From the NCBI GenBank assembly GCA_048213135.1, contig PS015406.1, forward strand, positions 1-59,904: 59,904 nt of DNA. The letters are read 5' to 3'. The notes under the pieces are model-generated. The model was not told the DNA's origin and searched no databases. It worked only from the letters and a program-made list of their open reading frames with translations. Of the stretch, positions 1 through 14,612 are shown in pieces; position 1 is the stretch's first letter, and the number at the start of each line of letters is the position of its first letter. The translations under genes were made by a program, and so were the position numbers. This stretch comes from Reclinomonas americana ATCC 50394. Lineage: Eukaryota.

Positions 1-106
1 GTCGTCGTCGTCGTACTACGTACGACGACGACGTACCTCGTACGTGGTCGGCGACGTACGTACGACGACGAGACGACGTCTCTTCGTCGTCGTCTCTCTA
101 CGTCGT

Positions 107-109
<3 letters not shown>

Positions 110-186
<77 letters not shown>

Positions 187-200
187 CGTGTGTGTGTGTG
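110..200. repeat. (TG)n microsatellite
   Basis: About 90 bp of TG dinucleotide repeat; an equivalent tract lies at 6799-6900. Confidence 0.95.
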
Positions 201-537
201 AATGCAGTTGATGCCGCCTCCTCGACCTGTGCTTGTTGCTCGTCCTCCGCAGCCTCCAGCTGAGGATGTGTCGCAAGATGAGAGTGGAGCTTCTTCTTCT
301 TCGTCTTCCTCTTCTTCGTCGAGTGCGAGGCGGCCGCGGGTGGTGATTGCCAGTGTTGATGGGACTGAGGAGATTGCGCAGTCGGAGCAGATGCGAGTGC
401 GATCGGCGAGAGGTGGGTAGAGGAGAAGGGGAAGAGGGGGAAGAGGGGGAAGGAGAGGGAAAGTCCGATCACTCAGTGAGACTCTCGTGTTGTGCAGCCT
501 CTTTGCGCCTTATATTGATCTCTCTCTCTCTCTCTCA
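110..537 (+). repeat. Duplicate of cytochrome b5 gene exon 2 and its flanks (second copy about 6799-7250)
   Basis: The 205-nt exons 208-412 and 6921-7125 differ at 5 positions; flanking TG tract and downstream intron start are shared; homology ends at a (CT)n run. Confidence 0.9.
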
Positions 538-567
538 TTCCTCACAGTTCACCTTTCCCCCATTCAG

Positions 568-1720
568 GTATCAACCCATTCCCATCCACTCCTCACCCAT
601 CGCTGTGGACACTCTGCTGCGGCCGCAAGACAGCTGCCCGGCGTTCTACGAGTCGTTTGCCACGCACGTCTACTCGCTGCCCGAGTTCCAGCGCAAGAAG
701 AATGAGACGCTGCCGTTGATGGAGGTGGGTCTTGTTTGTGCAATTGTGTCCAGTCTCCAGACTCACCACCGCGCAGCGCATGAACGAGATCTTCGGCACC
801 AACTTTGGCATCGAGGATGTGTGGCGTGGGTATAATGACCTTGTGTGCTCTCCTTTGCCTTTCCTGACTTCTTATTTCAACAGGCATTGAGGACGTGGTG
901 TACACGCACTACGTGCACGGCTACGAACTGGCGCCACAACTCACACCCGAGGATCGCGACGAGCTCATTGAGCTGGCGAATTTTGTGGTGGGCATGCAGT
1001 GGGGCACGCTCAGCAATGTGGCTTATGTGACCACCAACTTTTTCAAGGAGGTGTGGACGAAGCAGGCGAGAGAGAGTGGTGCTTGATCTCAATTCACCCT
1101 CCATGTTATGGCAGGTCAAGGCACGACTCACCGAGGCCATGGACAACAAGGGCAGCAAGTTTTACATTTACAGTGCTCACGACACCACCGTGCTGCCCGT
1201 TGCATCTGCGCTGCGGGTGTTGCAGGTGCGCTTCTTTGTTTGCAAGTGAGGTCGCGCTCAGCTCTGAACTGTCGCATGTAGCCATCCATCCCGAAATATT
1301 GTGCGCACGTTGATTTTGAGTTGCACCGCACCACCGACAACAAGTACATGGTGCGCGTGTTGTACGACAATGCGGCTGCGTACCTGCCGTACTGGTTTGT
1401 GGTGTTTGGGGGAAGAATCATGTCTCTTGCATTGTGATGGAGTTTGACTCTAGTTTGTGTCGTGCAGCGAGTCGTACGACTGCCCTGTGGATAAATTTTT
1501 CGCGCACCTCGACCAGTACATTTTGGCGAACTGGGAGCAGCAGTGCCGCTCCGGGTCGAACAAGCCCACGGACAACTCGGGTTCCGTGTCCACACTAAAT
1601 TGGATTCTGCTGGCGGTGAACGGTGGTCTGATTCTGGCGGTTGTTATTCTGATTGTTGTTGGCGTGATGTTGCGTGGGGACGTTGGGGGAGGGAGTGATC
1701 GGATTGATGGCGATGTCTGA
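568..1720 (+). CDS. Histidine acid phosphatase, lysosomal/prostatic type (3' exons only, 5' end not seen)
   Basis: GT-AG exons join in frame: YQPIPIH...CP..., YSAHDTT catalytic HD motif, FELH...MVRVLY, YCESYDCPVDKF, then a C-terminal TM helix (WILLAVNGGLILAVVILIVVGVML); stop at 1718-1720. Confidence 0.85.
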
Positions 1721-1855
1721 CGTGGTGATGATGTAGGAGAACACGACGGAATGCGCCACGCAATCATGGGTACATGCGGGAGTTGGAGAACTTGTGACAT
1801 GGTGTTGGGAGTGAATCTACGTTCTCAACAGAGGAGTCCACATCCAAGTTTCATT

Positions 1856-4800
1856 TCAGAGAAGTACGCACTTTCTTTGCTTCGCATCGGTAAAGTCAGG
1901 AATGTGAGCGCCAATCACTCGCACCAATAGATCGCCTCGCCCATGTCGATGAAAAATATGAACGTTGCTGCCATTCGCTCGAGCAGTGATGCCAGCGGCT
2001 GCTGAATAGCTCGGCAACAAACTATCGAGATAAGCTTGCGTACTCCCACGCAGATTCTTGCCAGTTGCCAGCGACCACACCCGTACAGTCTTTTCACGAC
2101 TGCCACTCACAATGTGCTGTCCATCGGGTGTCACTGCCACTGAATACACAGAACCCGTGTGGCCTTCCAGTCGGCGCACCTCCTCGCCACTTGCCAGTGA
2201 CCACACTCGCACAGTCTCGTCATCACTACCACTCACAATGTGCTGGCCATCGGGTGTCACTGTCACTGCGAACACCACACTCGTGTGGCCTTCCAGTCGG
2301 CGCACCTCCACGCCACTTGCCAGCGACCACACTCGCACAGTCTTGTCCTCACTGCCACTCACAATATGCTGGCCATCGGGTGTCACTGTAACTGCTTTCA
2401 CCGAACCCGTGTGGCCCTCCAGTCGATGCACCTCCTCGCCGCTTGCCACCGACCACACTCGTACAGTCCACTCATTACTACCACTCACAATGTGATGTCC
2501 GTCGGGTGTCACTGCCACTGAACGCACCCCACTCGTGTGGCCTTCCAGTCGGCGCACCTCCNNNNNNNNNNNNNNNNNNNNNNNNNNNNNNNNNNNNNNN
2601 NNNNNNNNNNNNNNNNNNNNNNNNNNNNNNNNNNNNNNNNNNNNNNNNNNNNNNNNNNNNNNNNNNNNNNNNNNNNNNNNNNNNNNNNNNTCGCCACTTG
2701 CTACCGACCACACCCGTACAGTCTTGTCTCGACTGCCACTCACAATGTGCAGATGATCGGGAGTGATGACAACAGACAATACTTCGTCCATGTGTCTCTC
2801 CACATGCAGCACACCGTCGCCATATATCACAGACCACACCCGTACAGTATTGTCATCACCCCCACTCACAATATGTCGGCCATCGGGTGTCACTGCCACT
2901 GTAGTCACTAAACCCGTGTGGCCTTCAAGTCGGCGCACCTCCTCGCCACTTGCTAATGACCACACCCGTACAGTCTTGTCCTCACCGCCACTCACAATGT
3001 GCTGGCCATCGGGTGTCACTGCGACTGCATACACCTCTCTCGTGTGCCCCTTCAACCTCCGCACCTCCTCGCTACGTGCCAGCGACCACACACGCACTGT
3101 CCTGTCATCACTGCCACTCACAATGTGCTGCCCATCGGGCGTCACAGCCACTGTAGACACAACACCGGTGTGACCCTTCAGTCGGCGCACCTTCTCGCCA
3201 CTTGCCACAGACCATACTCGTACTGTCTTGTCCCCAGTGCCACTCACAATGTGCCGGCCATCGGGTGTCACTGCCACTGCATATACCCAAGCTGTGTGGC
3301 TTTCCAGTCGGTGCACCTCCTCGCCACTTGCCAGCGACCACACCCGCACAGTCTTGTCATAACCACCACTCACAATGTACTGGCCATCGGGTGCAACCGT
3401 TACTGCCCACACCTCACTCGTGTGGCCTTCCAGAAGTCGCACCTCCTCGCCACTTGCCACCGACCACACCCGCACAGTCTTGTCATAACCACCACTCGCA
3501 ATGTACTGGCCATCGGGTGTCACTGCCACGGCAAGCACCGAGCTCAAGTGGCCTTCTAATCGGCGCACCTCCTCGCCACTTGCCACCGACCACACCCGTA
3601 CAGTCTTGTCATCACTGCCACTCACAATGAACTGGCCATCGGGTGTCACAGCGACAGCTCTTACCCAATCAGTGTGCCCCTTCATCGGCTTCCTCGGCCA
3701 TTTCACATCCGTTACATCAGCCCCCCTGAAATCTACCTCCCTTGCATACGCCATGCACACATTCACACCATGCAAATCCGCTCCCCTCCACACCGTCCTG
3801 TGCATCAACGCATCCCTCAAATCCGCACCCCTCACTCGCACACCCGACAGATCTCGCCCACTGAACGACACTTGTGCCACACACAACACAGTCGCTGCAT
3901 TCGCTGCTGCCGTCACCAACAGCTCCTCATCCACCTCACGTGACATTTCAACAACCTCCCATAGTCTCGCCTGCAATGCTGGAGACCGTCGCACCACCTC
4001 GGCCATCTGCTCCACCAACGATGGTCGATCATTCAGCGATCGCACTGCCAACACATGCTGCTGCACATCTTGCACCGACAATCTCCTCTCCTTATCCCAC
4101 GTCTCCCACGCAAATACATGTCGGGCCACACAGTGCTCCAGCAACGACAGATGCACAAATCCCCACTGTGTCGTCCCATATCGTCGTACAATCGGACAAC
4201 AAACTCGCAAAGGCTGGTTCCTGCGACCAAGGAACTTGTCAAAAGGTCCCTCCTCCACTCGTTGCAAGGCGAGTGGCGCACCACTAAAGTCATCCTCCTC
4301 CCAATCGTCGCCTGACCGGTTCTCCACCACAGACACTCGTACCAAATTCTTCTCATGCATTAACCGTGCCAGTCCCTCACAGAATGCCAGACACGTCTCC
4401 TCACTCGGAACACGATCCGCACCAAGACGCTCCTGCCTTTCCTGCTCCCTCACAATCCACTGTCGAATGAATCGGTCAAACACATAACACCGAGTCGGCC
4501 GCTCCATCGCGCCACTCGCCACCAACTGCGGCAGCACTTGCACCACCACTGACAGCATGAACGGATTCGTGATCAACGATTGCAGGCCCTGTATTTCACG
4601 CAGCGCATGTCGATACTCGGCCACAGTACGCCATTCTGCTCGTTGGTACGCGACAAAATGCTGGAGATAGTCATCGATCTGAGCGTCATTGAATGGCTCC
4701 ACAGAGCGCTCCATCAACAACTGGAAATCCGAACGTCCATTGGCGTCGGTGGGGACAAAGAAGCGACGGTAATCGGTTCCACCGAGACCCATGCCAGCAG

Positions 4801-6547
4801 CATAATCCGCACGGCATGTCATAATCACTTTGACATCCAAGCATCCTCGGAGCTGTGACCACACAGCAGTCAGTCACCAAGATGCCACATGTGCAAGAAC
4901 AAAACGAGGAGGGATGAAGCAAACCTGCGCAGTGTCCATCAGATTGATTTCACGATACAGCTCGTCATACCCATCCAACAGCAACAGCAGCGGCCTCTGC
5001 TTGACGCACTGCACTGCAGCCTCCGACCACGTCGCTGGCAGCACTTCTTCCAGCAAACGATGCTCGACGTCACGCAGCGCGGACAAGGGCACACGCAGCG
5101 GCAACCGCCGGCTGCGTCCCTCTCGATATGCGCGCCAAGCGTGATCCGCCATCACCGTCATGGCTGTCGTCTTGCCAGCTCCACTGTTGCCGAGGAACAA
5201 CAAGACGCGTGCGTGGTTGTCGTCGGCAACGAATACATCGACCTCCGACAGCAGATCACGTGGCACTCCATTGACGGTGGTCAGCAGCGGCACGTACATC
5301 TGAAGTGTCTTGCGCAAGCTCTCGTCGTCGCGGAATGCTGACGACTCGCGCTCACTATAGCTCTCAAGCAACGCGGCGAATGCCGCGTCGGACAGGCCAT
5401 ATCGTCCTGCAAGAGAGAGAGAGCATTCTTTAGATGGACACCAGACGCAGAGAGATTCACATCAGACTTACTTGTGCGAATGTCTTCCAACAATGCAAGA
5501 AAGTGGGCGAGCGGGGCATCGCCAAGTTGGAGCGTGGAGATGGCTGTCACAAGACGCCCCTCAGCAACGCCGTCGCCGAGCAGATCGGTGACTTCATCGG
5601 CGACAGCGATAGGCTGATCTCGATGGCCGAGAACAGCGTGGCGAATGTCACGCAGCGTCTCCACTGCCCGGCGCTGCACAGCCGATGAGAGGAGTGACAA
5701 TAAGTGCAAGCACAGAGCAGCACACTGACCTCCACATCCGAGGCGAGCAGGAAATGGGAGCTTCCGTCATCCTCCTCGATCCCTCCATTCACAAGGATGG
5801 AACAGAGAGCTGTCAAGTCGAATGGCGGGCACGGCGGCGTGCTGGTGGGATCCGCATCGAATGCTGCCTTCCAGGTGAGCACATGCGCCCGCTGCTCATT
5901 GTGTTGCAAGAACACGTGATTGCCGCCGGGTTTGTACCTGCGAGAGCACACCATCATAGTTGATGAGAATGAAGCGAGAGGATGGAGAAGAGCACACCAC
6001 ACCAACCGCACAGGAATCTCACGGATGTTCTTGCAGCACCACGCTTCATCCACGCGCATTGTGGGATGCGCGAGACAGAACGCAGGCAACGCTGCGCGGA
6101 GTCGAGCAGCGAGCGCGTCTCTCACAATGCCCTGGCATCTTGCAGAAGATTGTAATTGTTCGCTCTTCTCGCACACACGCACGCACTGCAGATGAGATGC
6201 ACATCTCTCTCCCCTCTCAGGAACACACATAACAACGCACCCGCTGCCCTCCACATCCACCGTCAGTGTGGTCTCCGTCGAAATGCCAAGTTCTCGCAGT
6301 GTGGATTCATCTGACGCCCGCAGCACCACATCCGAGCGCACACGCACACGCGCATCCGCAGCGACACCCAGCAGGTGCAAGCCGCGCTGCACAAGGTCAC
6401 ACAGACGCATGTCGCCAGTGACGTCGGGCACCGTGATGCGCGCAGTGCCATCGGCGAGGCAAAAGAGGACAGGGAATGACTGCACGGAGACAGGGAAAGT
6501 GAGCGAGTGTATGGCAAAGAGTGGATGTGTGGGGAGACACACACCAT
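1856..6547 (-). CDS. NLR-like STAND NTPase: ubiquitin-like + DZIP3-type HEPN + NACHT + pentapeptide repeats + WD40 repeats
   Basis: Spliced model starting ATG|GTGTGT at 6547. UBL signature DESTLRELGISTETTLTV; HEPN-like FDLTALCSILVN...LRDIRHAVLGH; Walker A GNSGAGKTT; Walker B LLLLDGYDEL; NPFML; FVHLSLLEH; pentapeptides (GRDLS GVRVR GADLR DALMH); 12 visible 42-aa WD40 repeats plus a gap. Confidence 0.88.
2065..3680 (-). repeat. 126-bp tandem WD40-coding repeats with high internal conservation
   Basis: Repeated GHT..V.AVAVTPDG.HIVSG..DKTVRVWS.ASGEEVRRLE unit, similar at the nucleotide level. Confidence 0.95.
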
Positions 6548-6640
6548 AAAGAGAAGGACGATGGCTCACGCGCGATGCAGCGAAAGTCGTGTGTACCGCT
6601 GTGGTTCATTGATTGCGTTGGGCAGTGGATCACACACATC
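6548..6640. promoter_or_regulatory. Probable bidirectional promoter / 5' UTR region
   Basis: Only 93 bp between the divergent inferred start codons (6547 minus, 6641 plus). Confidence 0.5.
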
Positions 6641-8943
<2,303 letters not shown>

Positions 8944-8957
8944 GTGAAACCGATCGA

Positions 8958-11900
8958 TCACGTGTCGTACGAATCGCATTTCGGTGGCTCCTCCCCCTCC
9001 GCCGGTGGCGGCGGCGGCGATGGAGGCTTCTTCTGCTGGTCCTCGGGCTGGGTGATTTCGGGAATGCCCGCGCGCTTGCGCTCCTCCTTCAGTTCCTCCA
9101 CCATGCGCTCCAACGTGCATGGCGGGTAGTGTTCGAAAAAGAGACGCCACTGTAAGAGGGGAACGGGGTGTCAACAGGCGCTCTTTCCTTCCTTTTTCTC
9201 CTTGCCTTCACCCCCTTCTTCGTTCTCTGCGTTTGCACGTCTTCCTCCTTTCCTTCCTTTCTCTTTGCCTTCCCCCCCTTCTGTGCCCCCCTTCTTTGTT
9301 CTCTGCGTTTGCACGTCTTCCTCCTCTCCTTCCTTTCTCTTTGCCTTACCCCCCTTCTGTGTCCCCCCTTCTTTGTTCTCTGCACGTCGTCTCACTTGTG
9401 GACACGAAGACCGACGACACACTCACCAAGAACGCCTCGGTGCCAATGGGAAAATCGTCGCGGGCGGCGCGTAGGAACCGCTCGTCGAGCATCATGCGGC
9501 TGACCACCGACATGGAGTGGTACGACTTGCCGTCCATCACCACGTTGTAGGCGTGGCGCGTGATCACCTGCTCCACGAACTGGTTCTTTTGCAGGTCGCG
9601 TGGGGCCGTGTATGCGCCACTTGCTGTGACACAAAATGAGGGGCGAAGAGGGGGAAGAAGCGGAGCTTGATTGGCAAACCTTCGTCCAAAAAGTGCACTT
9701 GAATGGGAGCCATGGCGCGAGCCAGGGCTTGACGGTGGGCCATGGTGCCAGAGTTCGTCGCCACGAAGACCTTGGTGATGTTGAGCGAGGCGGGAAGGCG
9801 CTCCACGAACTCGCGGTACAAGGGGCCAGCGATTTCTGCGAGGGAGGGGGGAAAGGGGGGAGAAGGGGATGAGAGGGAAGGGAGAAAAGCAAAAGAATGG
9901 AATGAGAGGAAGAAAGCAAATGAAAGGGGATGAGAGGGAGGAAAGCAAAGAAAGGGGATGAGAGGGAATAAAGCGAAGGAAAGGGGATGAGAGGGAAGAA
10001 AGCAAAGGAAAATGGAAGAGAGGTAAGAAAGCAAAAGAAGGAGAATGAAAGGGAATGAGAGAGAGGAGGCAAAGAAAAATGGAATGCGAAGGAAGAAAGC
10101 AAAGGAAAGGGAATGTGAGGGAAGAAGGTAAAGAAAGGGAATGAGATGAAGGGGAATGAAAGCAAAAGAAAGGGGATGAGAGGGAAGAAAGCAAAGGAGA
10201 CGGAATTGAGGGAAGAAGGTAAAGGAAAAGGGAGGAGAGGTATGAAGGCAAAGGAAAGAGGATCAGAGGACAAAGGTAAAGGAAAGCTAATGAGAGAGAA
10301 GAAAGCAAAGGAAAGGGGATGAGAGGGAAGAAAGCAAGGAAAAAGGGGATGAGAGGAAAGAAAGCAAAGGAAAGAACGAGAAGGGGTGGAAAGACGCAAA
10401 GAGGTAGAGGATAACACAATTTTGACAGGTACTGCGCGTCAGAATTCACCGGGGAAAGGACTTGCGGTCATTCAACAAAGGAGAACCACGTATTCTCGGT
10501 ATGAACTCTTCTTCATCTCCAAGGTCACACAAAGAAAGTATGCACTCGGTAAGGATACGGAAGAGCGAAAGACTCACTCACACCTCTCTCTCTATCTGTC
10601 TTTCCTTTTCCTTTCTTCTCTCTCTCTCTTGCATATAACGAACAACTGCGACTATCCCTTCCCAAACAGCGACTCCCTCCTCCCTCATCACCGCACCTGG
10701 ATCACTGATCACCGCATGCTTCAGCCCTACCTCCTTCATCTCCGGATGCGAGCGGTCACCGCGCCGCCAGTGCACAAACACAAACTCGCCCGTGTGCAGA
10801 TCGAGACGGCGCATCACCTCGGCGGCCTACGATCAACAATAAGGAAAAAACTCACCCAAAAAAGAGACCCTTCTCCATCCACGCAACTCTCTCCTCGTAC
10901 TCCTTCCGCAACACAAAGTGCCTGCGCAGCTCAAAGTACGTCGTCGACCCCTGATACATGTAGATCTCACGCGTGACGGTGCCGCGCCCAAAATGCACCG
11001 TCAGATGCTTGTCGGCACCCTGCGGGTCGCGCACCCGAAAGTACTCATTGAGGCTCTGCTTCGTCACATACGAGGTGTGATCGGAGACATCGTGCGTCGC
11101 GCGCACCGCCGAGTGCGCCGGCAACGCCAGTTCGCGATCGACGCGAAACGTCAGCGTGCTCTCCGTGAGCGTGAAGCGACGTGGGACGCGATTGGGGAGC
11201 GGCGTGCGCAGCAGCCGGATGCGACCGCGAATGAGTCGGTGGTATTCCGGCAGTGGCATGTAGCGCCCGTTGACGTACTTGCGCAGCGGCTCTTCCTGCG
11301 TGGTGGATGAGAAGGGCTGCAGGCAAAGAGGCCTTGTGCAAACCAAAACACCTCAAAAATCTCGCTGAGTCGCATCGTGCGCTCGTCCAAATTCTCGTAC
11401 TCGTAGAAACCGAAAACGCGGGAGGGGTCCTCGTACGCGGTGCTGTTGCGGACTTCGGAGAGCAGCCACGGCTCGACGAATACGCGGCCGGTGATGCGTG
11501 CAGTGAGCGCCGCTTCGAAGACGGCTTGGAGGAGGGCGTTGAACTGCAAAAGAGAGGGAAGTGAGGGCGAATAGGGGGGAAGGGAGGAAGGGGGGCTCGT
11601 ACCAGCTCGAGCGATGGTGGTCGTTTGGAGACGGGCATTTCGACGAAGAGGAGGTAGCCTTCTTTTGCGTCGCCAGGGCCGCCGCCGATCACGGCCTATG
11701 AGGGGGGAAGGGAGGTGAGAGGATAGCAAGGGGAGGGTGAGGCAAAGGGAAGGGAAGGGGGGAGGCAAAGGGAAGGGGGGAGGCAAAGGGAAGGGGGGAG
11801 CAAGAGAAGAGGAAGCAAGGGTGGACGAAGAGGAAGACAGGAGAATGAGAGACAGAGACAGACAGAGACAGACAGACGGGCAGGTATGCAGACTGACAGA

Positions 11901-12265
11901 TAGGCAGAGAGACAGACTGACAAACAGACAGACAGACAGACAGACAGAGAGAGAGAGAAGAGTGATGGTTATAAACTGCAAGCAGGATGCTCAGCAGAAT
12001 ATCGAGACAGCACTGAAGATGGGAAAGGCGACCGCAAAACTCGCAACAGAAACAGGTGTCGCTGACAGAGTAGCAATGGAGAGAGGAGGCATGAATGTGC
12101 CAGGGGAGGATGCAGCGAGAATCCAACGTAAACACCGTGGTAAAGAGAGCAGCACCGCACCGTGGCAGCTCACTCAATGCGAGAAGGGGAGCGAGAGTGT
12201 GTGTGCGAGAGAGCGAGAGAGAGAGCGAGAGAGCAGGAGACAAGTGCTCAAAGTGAGACTAAACA

Positions 12266-12317
<52 letters not shown>

Positions 12318-12382
12318 GAACGANNNNNNNNNNNNNNNNNNNNNNNNNNNNNNNNNNNNNNNNNNNNNNNNNNNTCTCTCTC

Positions 12383-12416
<34 letters not shown>

Positions 12417-12708
12417 TCTCCCTTCCCTCCCCTCTCTCTCCCCCTCACACACTCACCAACTCCTCCGTAAGCACCACCACCTCTCTCCCCAACGCCCACA
12501 CCACCAACACCACCAACACCACCGTCAACGCCACCAACGGCAACACAGTCTCCGCAGGAGGCGCATACTGCTGCCTCGCAGCCATCCACGCGCGCACAGA
12601 CCGAGGACATTGTCGCACACAGACGCGCTTGAGACAGTCGAGGATGGAGGGGGAGGCGTGTGGGCGGTTGAAGGAGAAGGGCGAGGTGACGCGGTGGCCA
12701 GCGCGCAT
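8958..12708 (-). CDS. GDP-fucose protein O-fucosyltransferase-like glycosyltransferase (POFUT2/GT68-like), type II membrane
   Basis: N-terminal signal anchor (VLPLVALTVVLVVLVVWAL), RVFVEP, FVFVHWRRGD and KVFVATN motifs, VEQVI; last exon 8958-9150 joins in phase 0 at AFL|WRL. Start Met is 12708 or 12585. Confidence 0.7.
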
Positions 12709-14520
12709 TCTGTTGCAAAGAAGAGAAGTGAGAGGACAGGGAGGACAGCTGGTTTCTTGTACAATCAATTAATACACAGTATCGATATCTTCTTTTCTCT
12801 CTGTACCAGCACAATAAGACAGCAGGATGCAGCTGACATGAGAAGAGAGCAACGAGAAGACCAGTGTGTACAAGCACGGTGAATGCCCTCGCTGCGAGCT
12901 TCTCTCTCTTCTTTTCCCTCGCGCTGCGCTCACTTGCTCTCGTCACCCTCTCCTTCTCTTCTCTCCTTTCCATATCCAAGCAGGATGACTGCACTTGAGA
13001 GATAACTCTGCTTCTCTTTCTCTCTCTCTCCCCCTCTCATCGCCTTCTCCTTCTCTTCTCTCCCTTTTCCATATTGCTGCCTCGCAGCCATCCACGCGCG
13101 CGCAGACCGAGGACATTGTCGCACACAGACGCGCTTGAGACAATCGAGGATGGACGGGGAGGCATGTGGGCGGTTGAAGGGGAATGGAGAGGTGACACGG
13201 TGGCCAGCGCGCATGATTGCAAGGAGAAGAAGATACAAAGAGGACAGGGAGGACAGCTGGTTTCTCCCAAGTACATGATACCACAATATCGATATACCTC
13301 TGCTTTCTTTCCTCACTGTTTCTCTGTGCCTTCGCAATGAGATAGCAGGATGCAGCTGAATTGAGGAGAGAGCAACGAGAAGGCAAGCGTATACAAATAG
13401 GATGAATGCACTCGGGCTTCTCTCTCGATCGAGCTCTCGTTACCTTCTCCTTCGCTTCTCCCCTTTCCATATCCAAGCAGGATGATTGCACTCGGGAGAC
13501 AAATCTGCCTCTCTTTCTATCTTCTTCTCTTCCCCCTTTTCCATATTGCTGCCTCGCTGCCATCCACGCGTGCACAGAACGAGGACATTGTCGCACACAG
13601 ACACGCTTGAGACAGTCGAGAATGGACGGGAGGAGTGTGGGCGGTTGAAGGAGAATGGAGAGGTGACGCGGTGGCCAGCGCGCATGGTTGTAGTGAAGGG
13701 AGGACAAGGAGGACAGCTGGTTTCTCCCAAGTACTGATACACAATATCGATATACCTCTGCTTTCTTTCCTCACTGTTTCTCTGTGCCTCACAATGAGAC
13801 AGCAGGATGCAGCTGAAATGAGAAGAGAGCAACGAGAAGACAAGCGTATACAAACAGGACGAATGCACTCAGGCTTCCCTCCCTTTCTTTTCCCTCGAGC
13901 TCACTTGCTCTTGTACATGTCACCTTCTCCTTGTCTTCTCCCCCTTCCATATACCAGCAGGATGATTGCACTTGGGAGACAAATCTGCTTCTCTTTCTCT
14001 CTCTCTCTCTCTCCCTCTCATCGCCTTCTCCTTCTCTTCTCCCCCTTTCCATACTGCTGCCTCGCAGCCATCCACGCGCGCACAGACCGAGGACATTGTA
14101 GCACACAGACGCGCTTGAGACAGTCGAGAATGGACGGGGAGGCGTGCGGGCGGTTGAAGGAGAATGGAGAGGTGACGCGGTGGCCAGCGCGCATTCTGTT
14201 GCGAAGATACAAAGAGAGAGGACAGGGAGGACAGCTGGTTTCTTGCAAGAGTACAAAGCAATATCGATGTACCTCTCCTTTCTTCTCTGTGCCCCCACAA
14301 TGAGACAGCAGGTTGCAGCTGAATTGAGAAGAGAGCAATGAGAATACCAGCGTGTACAAGCACGATGAATGCCCTCGGGCTTCTCTCTCCCTTTCCTAAT
14401 TTCTTTTCCCTCGCGATCGAGCTCACTTGATCTCGTCACCTTCTCCTTCTCTTCTCCCCTTTCTATATACAAGCAGGATGACTGCACTTGTGAGACAACT
14501 CTGCTTCTCTCTTTCCCTCT
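12574..14520. repeat. Tandem array of four about 490-bp units containing the fucosyltransferase 5' end
   Basis: The motif cata(c/t)tgctgcctcgc recurs at about 12574, 13071, 13542 and 14050, each followed by a shared HRVTSPF..RPH..LKRVCVRQCPRS-encoding segment. Confidence 0.9.
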
Positions 14521-14612
14521 TCTCCCTCTCATATTCCCCTTCTCATTTCTGTTTTCTCTCCCAGCAGTTCTCATTTACTCGAGGCCTCCTCTNNNNNNNN
14601 NNNNNNNNNNNN

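Noticed and set aside
1-110. GTC/TACG-rich quasi-palindromic stretch (similar short bits at about 12315 and 48412)
   Set aside because: It lies next to microsatellites and gaps and is built from TACG-like cycles; it most likely reflects pyrosequencing read-end noise rather than biology
2058-4487. Long antisense ORFs over WD40/NACHT (and over the FN3 gene)
   Set aside because: Shadow frames of GC-rich or repetitive coding sequence
6120-6260. Cleavable di-glycine after the UBL domain
   Set aside because: The most likely splice gives EGSGC with no GG, and the junction is ambiguous
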